NCBI GenBank assembly: GCA_017444325.1
Contig: JAFSWV010000034.1
Span: 1-35,403 of the forward strand
Direction of reading: 5' to 3'
From: a bacterium
GTDB taxonomy: Bacteria; Auribacterota; UBA3054
Length of the DNA stretch: 35,403 nt
Of this stretch, positions 24,213 through 32,504 are shown one piece after another. The notes beneath the pieces were generated by a model that saw nothing but the letters and a program-made list of their open reading frames with translations, did not search any database and was not told where the DNA came from. The stretch's first letter is position 1. Every line of letters starts with the position of its first letter. The translations under genes and the position numbers were made by a program.

Positions 24213-25091
24213 TTACAAACTGATGACGTAACTGTCGTTCTTTTCTGATTTCCTCAGCTTTGCGCAGACCGTCTGGGCTTCGCTTTTGCTGGCGTAATCG
24301 CCGACCAGGACCGAATAGCCTTTCGAGCCTTTCCTGACGTAAGCCTTGTAGCCTTTCTTCTTGAGCTGGGCGGCGTAATTGTTCGCCAGATCCTGCTTCG
24401 GCGTATAGGAGACCTGCACCGCGAATTTCGTCTTCGGTGCGCTGGTCGTAGTCTTAGCCGCAGGTTTCGTAGCTGTAGATGTCTTCGCGGCGGTCGTAGT
24501 CTTTGAGCTTGTGCTTTCGGCTTTGACGACCTTGGTTGACGAGGACGAGCTTCCTTTCATCAGAAGCCTCGCTTCCAGACTCCTCGGATAATCTTTTAAG
24601 ACCTTCTTCTCGCACTCCGAAGCTTCCTTCGCATTGCCGAGATTCTTCTGCGTCTTGGCGATCTTCAAAAGCACTCTGGAACCGCTGCGCTTCATGAAAG
24701 TTTCGGTCTGGCTCTTGCGGTACTGCTTCAGCGCTTCCGAGTATTTTCTCCGCTTGAACTCAACATCCCCCAACCCGACGTAGGCTTCCGGAAGCCAGTC
24801 CGTGTTGGAGTAGAGGTTCACGATGTTCATGAAACTTATCTTAGCGTCGTCGTAGCGGTCGAGCTGAGTGTACGATTTGCCGACCATATACCAGCAGAGC
24901 GCCCTGTTGTTGTCGTTGAGCTTGGCGTCCAGGGCCTTACGGTAGCATTCCACCGCCTTGCCGTACTGCTTCTGCAGATAGAAGGCCTCGCCCTTGTCCA
25001 TTTCCCCGGCGAAAACGGCATGGGCAAAGAGCGCCAGCGCTGCCGCGCCGGCGAGGAACATTGCTCTTTCTGTTCTCGCTAAGTTTTTCAA
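24213..25091 (-). CDS. Secreted TPR-repeat protein with a Thr/Ser/Ala-rich linker and a C-terminal SPOR (peptidoglycan-binding) domain
   Basis: 292 aa. The SPOR-like C-terminus is FAVQVSYTPKQDLANNYAAQLKKKGYKAYVRKGSKGYSVLVGDYASKSEAQ. The ORF-track start at 25091 is TTG, and an alternative ATG lies at 25061. Confidence 0.75.
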   Translation of the reverse strand: MKNLARTERAMFLAGAAALALFAHAVFAGEMDKGEAFYLQKQYGKAVECYRKALDAKLNDNNRALCWYMVGKSYTQLDRYDDAKISFMNIVNLYSNTDWLPEAYVGLGDVEFKRRKYSEALKQYRKSQTETFMKRSGSRVLLKIAKTQKNLGNAKEASECEKKVLKDYPRSLEARLLMKGSSSSSTKVVKAESTSSKTTTAAKTSTATKPAAKTTTSAPKTKFAVQVSYTPKQDLANNYAAQLKKKGYKAYVRKGSKGYSVLVGDYASKSEAQTVCAKLRKSEKNDSYVISL

Positions 25092-25783
25092 TTTTTCAGT
25101 ACGCCGGCTCCCAAAAGCGACGTGAAGCCGGATCTTGTGACTATCAAATGGTCAAGCAGCTTTATGTGAAGTATCTTGCCGGCATCGGCTATCTCTTTCG
25201 TGACAGCCACGTCCGCCTGGCTCGGCGTCGTCTCGCCGGAAGGGTGATTGTGCGCCAGGATGACGAAGCTGGCTCCCATCTTCATCGCCGGACGAAAGAC
25301 CGTCGCCGGATCGGAAAGGCTTTGCCGCGCCGTGCCGACCGTCAGGACTTTCGTGCCTATCACCTTAGAAGCGGTATTCAGGTATATCCCCCTCAGCTGC
25401 TCCTGCTCCAAGTCCCACATGTCCTTGGTAAGAGGATAGACGTCGCCCGGCTGGGTCACGCGGATCATCTCCTCGTCGTCAGCTCTCCCGCAAAGGCGCC
25501 TGCCAAGTTCAAGGCTAGCTAAAAGCATAGCGCTCTTTACGAAAGGCATCCCGGTCACTTCCCTCAGGGAATTGATCTCCTTTAGGTCCTTCAGTCCCGC
25601 CGTCCCGTAATCCATTACGATCTCGTGGGACAGCTGCATGACGTTTTTTCCTCCGTAGCCCGTCCCGATGATCAGGGCCAGAAGTTCGGGAAGATTCAAT
25701 TCCTCGATGCCGTACTTCAGTAGTTTTTCGCGGGGCATAAGTTCCGCCCCGTTTGCTTCAAGATCAGCCGCTCTCCTTTTCAT
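25088..25783 (-). CDS. radC: RadC-family JAB/MPN domain protein
   Basis: 231 aa. The HhH-like N-terminus is PREKLLKYGIEELNLPELLALIIGTG. The JAMM motif is ILAHNHPSGETTPSQAD. Confidence 0.88.
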   Translation of the reverse strand: MKRRAADLEANGAELMPREKLLKYGIEELNLPELLALIIGTGYGGKNVMQLSHEIVMDYGTAGLKDLKEINSLREVTGMPFVKSAMLLASLELGRRLCGRADDEEMIRVTQPGDVYPLTKDMWDLEQEQLRGIYLNTASKVIGTKVLTVGTARQSLSDPATVFRPAMKMGASFVILAHNHPSGETTPSQADVAVTKEIADAGKILHIKLLDHLIVTRSGFTSLLGAGVLKN

Positions 25784-27251
25784 TGGTTAATTCCTCATCT
25801 CCGGGCAAACACTCAAAACTCCCGTAAAGCGTAAGCGGCGTAGCGGACTCCATCTTAACGGAAACGAACTTCCCGATAAGCTTAGGATCTCCCTCGAACA
25901 CCACGTTCGCGTAATGGGTAGTTCTGCCTTGCAGCACCGCCCGGTTGCGTTTACTATGACCCTCGACCAAAACTGTCTGGGTAGTACCCACCAAACTCTT
26001 CAAATGCTCGTGCGTAAGTTTTCCCTGCAGAGCCATAAGCTCGGCATGGCGCCTTTTCTTCTCCTCAAGCGGCACGTCGTCTCTTAATCTTGCCGCAGCC
26101 GTACCAGGCCGCTCGCTGTACTTGAAGAGGAAATTGTTGGCGTAATCGATTTTTTCGACCGCCGAAAGAGTCGCCTGGAAATCCTCCAGCGTCTCCCCAG
26201 GGAAGCCGACGATCAGATCCCCTGCCAGCCAAAGATCAGGCATCGCGGCCTTAAGCTTCGCCACCTTCTCCAAATATTGCTCCAGGGTATATTTCCTGTT
26301 CATCATTTTCAGGATGCGGTTCGAGCCCGACTGCAGCGGGAAGTGCAAATATCGGCAGATCTTCTTTTCCGAAGCCATCAACGCGATAAGCTCGTCGGAG
26401 ATATCCTGCGGATTGGAAGTGACGAACCTGAGCCACTTCAAGCCTTCTATCTTCGCGGCCTTAGCCAAAAGTTCCGGGAAACTAATGCTCCCCTTCGGCA
26501 AGTCTTTCCCATAGGAATTGACGTTCTGGCCGAGCAGCGTCACTTCCACGCAGCCGCTCGCCGCCAAAACCTCCAATTCCCGAAGTATCTCATCCGCCGG
26601 CCGGCTGACTTCCGGCCCTCTGGCGTAAGGCACCACGCAGTAAGAGCAGAAGTTGCTGCAGCCTCTCATGATCTCGACGAAAGCCTGCCAGGGCCTGGGG
26701 CGCATGGCCTCCAGTTCGTCAAGACTGGCTCCAGCCTCATCCCTACCCACGGCGAAAAGCTTGCCCGAGGAACCGACGCATTCCTCCATGTAAGGCGCAA
26801 GCGCGATGCCAAGTCTTTCCAAGGCCTCGGCGTTAACGGAAGTAACTTCCGCCATAGCCACCCGTCTGCACAAAGAACGCAATATTAATTCCGGGATAAG
26901 ATGACGCTTGTGTGTTCCGGCCACGAAGTCGAAAACATTTTTCCCGCCCAGCAGCGTTTCCCCTTTCAATTCCGCCATGCAGCCCGTCACGCCCAAGACG
27001 ACTTCCGGCCTGCGGTTCCTCTTGACGTTCAGTTTACCGGCTTTTCCCAAAACTTTCCTTTCCGCCAGATCCCTGACGCTGCAGGTAATGAACAAAACCA
27101 CGTCCGCCGCAGTTTCGTCTTCAACGACGACAAAACCCTGGCGCGTAAGATTCCCGGAAAGTATCTGACTGTCCAGAATGTTCATCTGGCAGCCGTAAGT
27201 CAGAAGGCAGACGTAAACTGGCGCTTTCAGTTGGGCGGAAAAATCAGCCAT
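25764..27251 (-). CDS. miaB: tRNA-2-methylthio-N6-dimethylallyladenosine synthase (radical-SAM methylthiotransferase)
   Basis: The N-terminal motif is LLTYGCQMNILDS. The radical-SAM cluster motif is GCSNFCSYCVVP, and a C-terminal TRAM-like domain is present. I prefer the ATG at 27251 (MADFSAQ...), which overlaps the lipA stop by 8 nt (ATGGCTGA). The ORF-track start at 27320 is a TTG inside lipA. Confidence 0.88.
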   Translation of the reverse strand: MADFSAQLKAPVYVCLLTYGCQMNILDSQILSGNLTRQGFVVVEDETAADVVLFITCSVRDLAERKVLGKAGKLNVKRNRRPEVVLGVTGCMAELKGETLLGGKNVFDFVAGTHKRHLIPELILRSLCRRVAMAEVTSVNAEALERLGIALAPYMEECVGSSGKLFAVGRDEAGASLDELEAMRPRPWQAFVEIMRGCSNFCSYCVVPYARGPEVSRPADEILRELEVLAASGCVEVTLLGQNVNSYGKDLPKGSISFPELLAKAAKIEGLKWLRFVTSNPQDISDELIALMASEKKICRYLHFPLQSGSNRILKMMNRKYTLEQYLEKVAKLKAAMPDLWLAGDLIVGFPGETLEDFQATLSAVEKIDYANNFLFKYSERPGTAAARLRDDVPLEEKKRRHAELMALQGKLTHEHLKSLVGTTQTVLVEGHSKRNRAVLQGRTTHYANVVFEGDPKLIGKFVSVKMESATPLTLYGSFECLPGDEELTNEKESG

Positions 27252-28092
27252 AGACCCTCTCCGCCATTTCGCCCGCCCTGTACGAGCTTCGAACAAGCGG
27301 CCCGCAGGCCGCTCCCACAAAGCCCAGGCTCAGAGCGTAAGCTTTTATTTCCGCGAATTCCGCTTCGCTGTAATATTTCTCGACAGGATGGCACGTATCA
27401 TCCGGCGCCAGGTACTGTCCGACCGTCAGAATAGAACATCCGGTGGCTCTGAGGTCGCGAACAGCTTCGCGAATTTCCTCCATCGTTTCGCCGCAGCCTA
27501 CCATGATCCCGCTCTTCGCGGGAATATTCGGGAACATTCTGGAGGCGTAGCTCAGGACCGCCAAGGACCGCAAATACGTCGCCTTGGTCCTAAGAACCGG
27601 CGTCAGCCTTTTTACCGTTTCCAAATTATGGTTGAAGACCGCCGGCCCAGCCTGCAAGACCTTTTCCAAAGCCGAACTGTTCCCCGCGAAATCCGAAGTC
27701 AGGATTTCGACCTTCGTCTCCGGGGAAACAGTTTTTATCGCCTCTATCGTCCTGACAAAATGCTCCGCTCCCCCATCCGGCAGGTCGTCCCTGGTCACGC
27801 AGGTAATGACCGCATAACGCAGCCCAAGCTCCTTGATAGCAGACGCCAAACGAGCCGGCTCTTCCGGGTCAAGCGGCGCGGGACGCCCAGTCTTCACATT
27901 GCAGAAACGGCAGTTCCTGGTGCAGACGTCTCCCATTATCATGAAAGTCGCCGTATGATTCTGGAAACATTCCCAAATATTGGGGCACGCCGCCTCTTTA
28001 CAGACGGTGTTCAAGCCAAGCCCCTCTATGAGAGACCTGACTTTCTCGCGCTCAGCCCTTGTCGGCACCTTTATCCTGGGTTTTTCCGGCAT
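27244..28092 (-). CDS. lipA: Lipoyl synthase
   Basis: 282 aa. The auxiliary cluster motif is CKEAACPNIWEC and the radical-SAM motif is CTRNCRFC. Confidence 0.93.
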   Translation of the reverse strand: MPEKPRIKVPTRAEREKVRSLIEGLGLNTVCKEAACPNIWECFQNHTATFMIMGDVCTRNCRFCNVKTGRPAPLDPEEPARLASAIKELGLRYAVITCVTRDDLPDGGAEHFVRTIEAIKTVSPETKVEILTSDFAGNSSALEKVLQAGPAVFNHNLETVKRLTPVLRTKATYLRSLAVLSYASRMFPNIPAKSGIMVGCGETMEEIREAVRDLRATGCSILTVGQYLAPDDTCHPVEKYYSEAEFAEIKAYALSLGFVGAACGPLVRSSYRAGEMAERVYG

Positions 28093-28126
28093 AATAAAAA
28101 ATGCATATATTTACACAGTATTTTTT

Positions 28127-28135
28127 ATTATACCA
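28127..28135 (-). promoter_or_regulatory. Extended -10 promoter element (TGgTATAAT on the - strand) for the lipA-miaB-radC... unit
   Basis: The reverse complement of 28127-28135 is TGGTATAAT. It lies ~35 nt upstream of the lipA ATG in an AT-rich spacer. The -35 box is poor. Confidence 0.4.
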
Positions 28136-28194
28136 TAGCCAGCGCATTATCCTCTAACCGCCCAAAACCAGAGAATCACGGGATTATTAACCGC

Positions 28195-28473
28195 CTAAGG
28201 ATACTGACGTGAAGTATGCAAAAAAGAAACTACGATAAGATCGTCTTTTTCCAGAATATATACCACAATTAACGGCGTATTTAAAACATAAAACTCATAG
28301 GTGCCTTCAACTCTCCCGGGATGTCCAATGAAGGGCTGGGCAGCCAGCAGCTCCAATGTGCTCCTTATTCTGGCAATAACTTCCTTGGCTGCTGATCGAT
28401 TCTCCGAATAGATGTAATCGTATCCGTTGTTTAGATCTTCAACGGCCAATTTTGTGAATTTTATATCAAGCAT
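28195..28473 (-). CDS. Type II toxin, ParE/RelE superfamily
   Basis: About 92 aa. The sequence MLDIKFTKLAVEDLNNGYDYIYSENRSAAKEVIARI...QPFIGHPGRVEGTYEFYV...IVVYILEKDDLIVVSFLHTSRQ follows the ParE-like pattern. The ATG at 28473 overlaps the antitoxin stop (TGATG), and an alternative GTG lies at 28476. Confidence 0.8.
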   Translation of the reverse strand: MLDIKFTKLAVEDLNNGYDYIYSENRSAAKEVIARIRSTLELLAAQPFIGHPGRVEGTYEFYVLNTPLIVVYILEKDDLIVVSFLHTSRQYP

Positions 28474-28703
28474 CACTTAGTCCATTTATCAAATGCCTTG
28501 CTAACTTCAGCGTCGGAAGCGAATTGTTTTTTGCGAGCCTGCTTTGTGCCTTCCTTAATATGCGCGATCTGCCATTCTTGCAAAGCAAGATAATAATCAA
28601 GAGCTTCATTGATAATGAAACTTCTGTCCCTCTTTTTCTCAGACGCCAGCATATCGAGTTTCCTTTTTGTTTCTTCGGATGTTCTGAATGATAACGTGCT
28701 CAT
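28473..28703 (-). CDS. Type II antitoxin, ribbon-helix-helix (CopG/ParD-like)
   Basis: 76 aa. The RHH-like N-terminus is LSFRTSEETKRKLDMLASEKKRDRSFIINEALDYYL. It lies directly upstream of and overlaps the ParE-like gene. A GGAG sits 4 nt before the ATG. Confidence 0.8.
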   Translation of the reverse strand: MSTLSFRTSEETKRKLDMLASEKKRDRSFIINEALDYYLALQEWQIAHIKEGTKQARKKQFASDAEVSKAFDKWTK

Positions 28704-28735
28704 ATTGCTCCTTGTATTATTTTGTATTACGATGT

Positions 28736-28764
28736 ATTATACAAAAATACGAGTATGTTTTCAA
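28736..28764 (-). promoter_or_regulatory. Sigma-70-type promoter of the toxin-antitoxin pair: TTGAAA (28764-28759), 17-nt spacer, TATAAT (28741-28736). Putative operator repeats lie just downstream.
   Basis: Read on the - strand. Three direct TGTATTA repeats (+ strand) start at 28713, 28723 and 28733, an exact 10-nt phasing. An inverted repeat GTATTATTTTGTA (28714-28726) / TACAAAAATAC (28740-28750) spans the -10 box and leader. Confidence 0.55.
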
Positions 28765-28893
28765 GCAACGAGCAAAAGCCATATCTTTCTCCGATTTTAT
28801 GCAAATAGTATCAGATATGCTAAAAATTTCAAAGCTTTTTTCAAAATCCTATCTTTTTTGATAGCAAGTGTAAGAAAAGAATAAATCTTTTAT

Positions 28894-28929
28894 GAAAAAA
28901 AGATTTGGAAACAAGTTGTTTCCAAATCT
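28894..28929 (-). terminator. Rho-independent terminator of the aro operon
   Basis: A perfect 13-bp stem, AGATTTGGAAACA (28901-28913) with TGTTTCCAAATCT (28917-28929), is followed on the - strand by a T7 run. It starts 7 nt after the aroA stop. Confidence 0.85.
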
Positions 28930-28935
28930 CCCTAC

Positions 28936-30024
28936 CTAATAAAGCAGAGGAAGGGCGAGGAAGTCCTCGAAGAAGGAGGGGTAGGATTTGGCGCAGCAGG
29001 CAGCGTTGTCGATGGTGACAGGGCTTTGGGCGTTGGTGGCGACCGCGGCGGCGGACATGGCGATGCGGTGGTCGCCAAAGGTCTTTATTTCTTCCTTGAC
29101 TTGGAAGAGTTTGTCTGTGCCAACAACCGTGAAAGAGTCTTCCGTTATTTGGCAATTGATGCCGATTGCTTTAAGAAGCGCTTGGGTGGTGGCGACGCGG
29201 TCGGATTCTTTCAGTCTTAGTCTCTTGATGCCAGTGAAGGTCGTTTGGGCATTTGTCCCGGCGGCGGCTACGGCCAGAGGCGGGAAAATATCCGGGCATT
29301 GGGAGACGTCCTTTACTCCGCCTTTTTCTTTCAGGAGGTCAAGAAGTTTTCTGTCGGGCTGGAGGGACGCGTTGTTGAGGCCTTTTATTTCGATTTCGGA
29401 ACCGAGATAATTCATGACCAGGAAGAAAGAGGCGCCGGACCAGTCGCGCTCAGGCTCAATGTTTACGGGAGCAGTGTAAGTCTGATTGCCGGGGACGAGG
29501 AAGCCGGTTTCTGTTTCCTCTATCTTGATATTGCTGTCTTTTAAGACATGCAGCGTCAGGTCAACGTAGCCTCGCGATTCCAGAGGCGTGGTGAATCTTA
29601 TTTCGGAATCTTTGTTGAGAAGAGGCAGAGCGAAAAGCAGCCCCGTGGCGAACTGAGAGGAGACGTTGCCAGGCAGCGTGAAGAGGCCGGGAGCGATGGT
29701 CTCGTAATCAAGGCCCGGGCGCTTGGAAAGGCGCCCTTTCGTAACGTAGGTGGGGTTCTTACCCAGGGCGGCGGAGATCGGCTTCAAAAAGCGCAACGTG
29801 GAGCCGGATTCGCCGCAGTCCAGAGTCGGTCTATCGTTTACTTCCTTCAGGGCAAGCAGGCAGCGCTTGGTAGCGGCGATGTCATCAGGGTCCGTAGGAC
29901 TTAGAGCCAGACGCTGGAAGTTCCCGCCCAGAAAGTCTGCTATCAAGAGACGATGAAGGTGGGATTTGGAAAAAGGCGGCGTGATGGAGCCTTTTCTTCT
30001 GCCTATTGGAAGCGTAAGAGACAT
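28936..30024 (-). CDS. aroA: 3-phosphoshikimate 1-carboxyvinyltransferase (EPSP synthase), unusually compact at about 362 aa
   Basis: Motifs seen: MSLTLPIG..., PFSKSHLHR, CGESGSTLR, KRPG, NVSSQF, DWSGASFF, RLKESDR, GDHRIAMS and AKSYPSFF. I prefer the ATG at 30024. The ORF-track start at 30030 is a TTG that overlaps the aroC stop. Confidence 0.85.
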   Translation of the reverse strand: MSLTLPIGRRKGSITPPFSKSHLHRLLIADFLGGNFQRLALSPTDPDDIAATKRCLLALKEVNDRPTLDCGESGSTLRFLKPISAALGKNPTYVTKGRLSKRPGLDYETIAPGLFTLPGNVSSQFATGLLFALPLLNKDSEIRFTTPLESRGYVDLTLHVLKDSNIKIEETETGFLVPGNQTYTAPVNIEPERDWSGASFFLVMNYLGSEIEIKGLNNASLQPDRKLLDLLKEKGGVKDVSQCPDIFPPLAVAAAGTNAQTTFTGIKRLRLKESDRVATTQALLKAIGINCQITEDSFTVVGTDKLFQVKEEIKTFGDHRIAMSAAAVATNAQSPVTIDNAACCAKSYPSFFEDFLALPLLY

Positions 30025-30026
30025 GA

Positions 30027-31043
30027 TCAATCGAGAAGTAGGTCAAGTGCGACTAAAGCTGCCATGGCTTCCACCACAGGAAGCGCTCTGGGAACGATGC
30101 AGGCGTCGTGGCGGCCTTCTATAACCAGCTCTTCTTCCGTTTGCTTGGAAAGCGAAACGCTTTTCTGGGGTTTCGAGATGGAAGGCGTTGGCTTGATGGC
30201 GACGCGGAAAACTGTCGGCATGCCGCTGGTCATGCCGCCTAAGGAACCGCCGTGATTGTTGGTAGTAGTTTCTATCTTTCCGTCTTTGACGGTGAAAGAG
30301 TCGTTGTTAAGAGAGCCTTTTGAGGTCGTGCCGGCGAAACCGCTGCCGAATTCAATTCCTTTGACAGCCGGGATGCCGAAGATAGCGGCGGCTATTCTGT
30401 TTTCCACGCCGTCGAAGATCGGTTCGCCTAAACCGACGGGGAGATTAGTTATTTCGCATTCTATTACTCCGCCCACGCTGTCCCCTTCCGCTCTGGCCGC
30501 TTCGATCACAGCCTTGGCTTCCGGGCTTAGAATGTCATTGGAGTTCGGTTCGTTCTTTTGAGAGCCGATGGAAACGATCCTGCCTTTGACTTCAATGCCC
30601 TTGCTCTCAAGATACTGAATGGCCAAGGCTCCGGAAAAGCAAAGACCCGCCATTATCCTGCCCGAGGAGTGGCCGCCGCCTCTGTAGTCATTGGCGCCGC
30701 CGGTCTTCACGTTCATAGGATAGTCGGCGTGGCCCGGTCTCATAAGATCGCTCAGTTTGGAGTAATCCTTGGAATGGGCGTCGCTGTTTTTGATGACAGC
30801 CGTGATGGGCGTGCCGCAGGTCTTCTCGTTGAAAAGGCCTGAGAGGATCTCGAAAGCGTCGGATTCGCATCTTTGGGTGGAGCCAGGCTGGGAGCTGGGG
30901 GCCCTTCTGGACATGAAAGCTTTGACTTTTTCCAGGTCGGGAGAAAAGTTCGCGGGAAAGCCGTCCAGAACGCAGCCGATGGCAGGCCCATGGGATTCGC
31001 CGAAAAGCGTCACTTTAAGATTTTTGCCGTAAGTGGAGGACAT
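30027..31043 (-). CDS. aroC: Chorismate synthase
   Basis: 338 aa. Contains LKVTLFGESHGPAIGCVLDGFP, RPGHADY and GGGHSSGR. Confidence 0.92.
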   Translation of the reverse strand: MSSTYGKNLKVTLFGESHGPAIGCVLDGFPANFSPDLEKVKAFMSRRAPSSQPGSTQRCESDAFEILSGLFNEKTCGTPITAVIKNSDAHSKDYSKLSDLMRPGHADYPMNVKTGGANDYRGGGHSSGRIMAGLCFSGALAIQYLESKGIEVKGRIVSIGSQKNEPNSNDILSPEAKAVIEAARAEGDSVGGVIECEITNLPVGLGEPIFDGVENRIAAAIFGIPAVKGIEFGSGFAGTTSKGSLNNDSFTVKDGKIETTTNNHGGSLGGMTSGMPTVFRVAIKPTPSISKPQKSVSLSKQTEEELVIEGRHDACIVPRALPVVEAMAALVALDLLLD

Positions 31044-31061
31044 AAACGTAATCGGTGGTTT

Positions 31062-32501
31062 TTATGTGAAGAAAAGTCTGTTCTGTTCCCTGGCCTGCTC
31101 TATGAGCATGCTGAGGCCGTTTTCCGTAAGGCAGCCCTTATTATTGGCGCGCGCCATAATGGGAGTGACTTCCGGTTTGTAGATGATATCGTAAAGGGCT
31201 TCTTTGCCAGTGAATTCATACTGTGGGATAGGATCGTTTTCCGTTGTGCTTTGCCCCTGCAATCCGACGGAAGTGCACTGCACGATGATGTCGGGATCGA
31301 AGTCGCTTGTGAGGTCTGTTAGTTTGGCGAAAGTAAAGCCATATTTGTCCGCGATCGCTTTGGCTTTAGCAATGTTTCTGGCGAAGATCGTTACGTCGGC
31401 TTTTCCTTTGCAGAGAGCGTAGGCGATGGCTTTGGCGGCGCCGCCGGAACCTAAAATGGCCACGCGCTTCCCTTGTACGCTGTCGATCTTGAGGAAGCGT
31501 TTCAAAGCTTTTGTGAAGCCGATCCAATCGGTGTTGTAGCCGATCCTTTTTCCTTCTTTGAAAACAACGGTATTGGCGGCGCCGATCGTTTTTACGGCCT
31601 CGTCGGCTTCGTCAAGGTAGTTGAGCAGTTTTTCCTTATGCGGAATAGTGACAGCCAGACCTTTGAATTTCAAGGTTTCGGCAAAAGTCAGCGCTTCCTC
31701 AATATTCTCTGCCGGGATGGGAAGCATGACGGCGTTGCGATTTTCAGCTTTATAAAAGTTTCTGTGCACTTCCGGGCTGGAGGTTACGTTCAAGGGAAAT
31801 CCCGTCACGCCGCAGAGAGCGGTATTGCTGTTGATGTTTTTGAAATCGTAAACGTCGATAAGCTTCTTAGGATCAAAGTGCCCGATGGCGGAAGTGTTTT
31901 CAAGCAGTTCCTTGGGGGAAGTGAAAGTAAGATATGAGCCGAGCCTATCGGCAAGGATCCTAGATACGCCGCCGAGTTTTCCCATGACGCAGATGATCCT
32001 GTCCTTGGCTTTGAGCTCATTGGAAAGCACGAAGGTTTCGGCGACAGTCGTGAGATCTTTGGGAAGAAAGGCGAGCTTCGGGATCTCGTTGGCGTTTTTG
32101 GAAATGGTGTCTAAGGTCTTTACGATCTTGGCTTCCTGGGGCTCGAAGTAGTGAGCGCTTCTGATGATCATTACTCCGCTTTTATGGGCCAGGGCTTCAA
32201 GTTCCGGAGCGGTCAGGTCGGATTCCAGATCGACGTAGGCGAAGGCGCTTAGATTTGAAAGCAAATCTAGCCTCTCTGTTTCGCTGCCCTCAAAGACTCC
32301 GCCGTCGATTTTTCTGCGCACGGTCAGGATGCAGGGGGTTTTTACGTTCTTCGGAAAATCTTTTATGGAAGCGTATTCGCTTTTTTTTAAATGATCCGCC
32401 CTGAGCTCGATTAGGTCAACGAACGGCGCGTTGACGTCGGCTATCCTCTGCGCTTCGGTGAGCGTTTTGGCAGTGATGGTTAGGCAGATCAGGGACGGCA
32501 T
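31062..32501 (-). CDS. aroDE: Bifunctional type I 3-dehydroquinate dehydratase / shikimate 5-dehydrogenase
   Basis: 479 aa. The N-terminal half is DHQase-I-like (ELRADHL, KLAFLP, VMGKLGGVSRIL). The C-terminal half is AroE-like (GLAVTIPHKE, GAANT, NTDWIGF, ILGSGGAAKAI). Confidence 0.88.
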   Translation of the reverse strand: MPSLICLTITAKTLTEAQRIADVNAPFVDLIELRADHLKKSEYASIKDFPKNVKTPCILTVRRKIDGGVFEGSETERLDLLSNLSAFAYVDLESDLTAPELEALAHKSGVMIIRSAHYFEPQEAKIVKTLDTISKNANEIPKLAFLPKDLTTVAETFVLSNELKAKDRIICVMGKLGGVSRILADRLGSYLTFTSPKELLENTSAIGHFDPKKLIDVYDFKNINSNTALCGVTGFPLNVTSSPEVHRNFYKAENRNAVMLPIPAENIEEALTFAETLKFKGLAVTIPHKEKLLNYLDEADEAVKTIGAANTVVFKEGKRIGYNTDWIGFTKALKRFLKIDSVQGKRVAILGSGGAAKAIAYALCKGKADVTIFARNIAKAKAIADKYGFTFAKLTDLTSDFDPDIIVQCTSVGLQGQSTTENDPIPQYEFTGKEALYDIIYKPEVTPIMARANNKGCLTENGLSMLIEQAREQNRLFFT

Positions 32502-32504
32502 CGT

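Noticed and set aside
27252-27320. A 23-codon N-terminal extension of MiaB (the 518-aa ORF-track version).
   Set aside because: It starts at a TTG inside lipA. The internal ATG at 27251 gives the canonical MiaB N-terminus just before the YGCQMN motif, with an 8-nt overlap-coupled junction.
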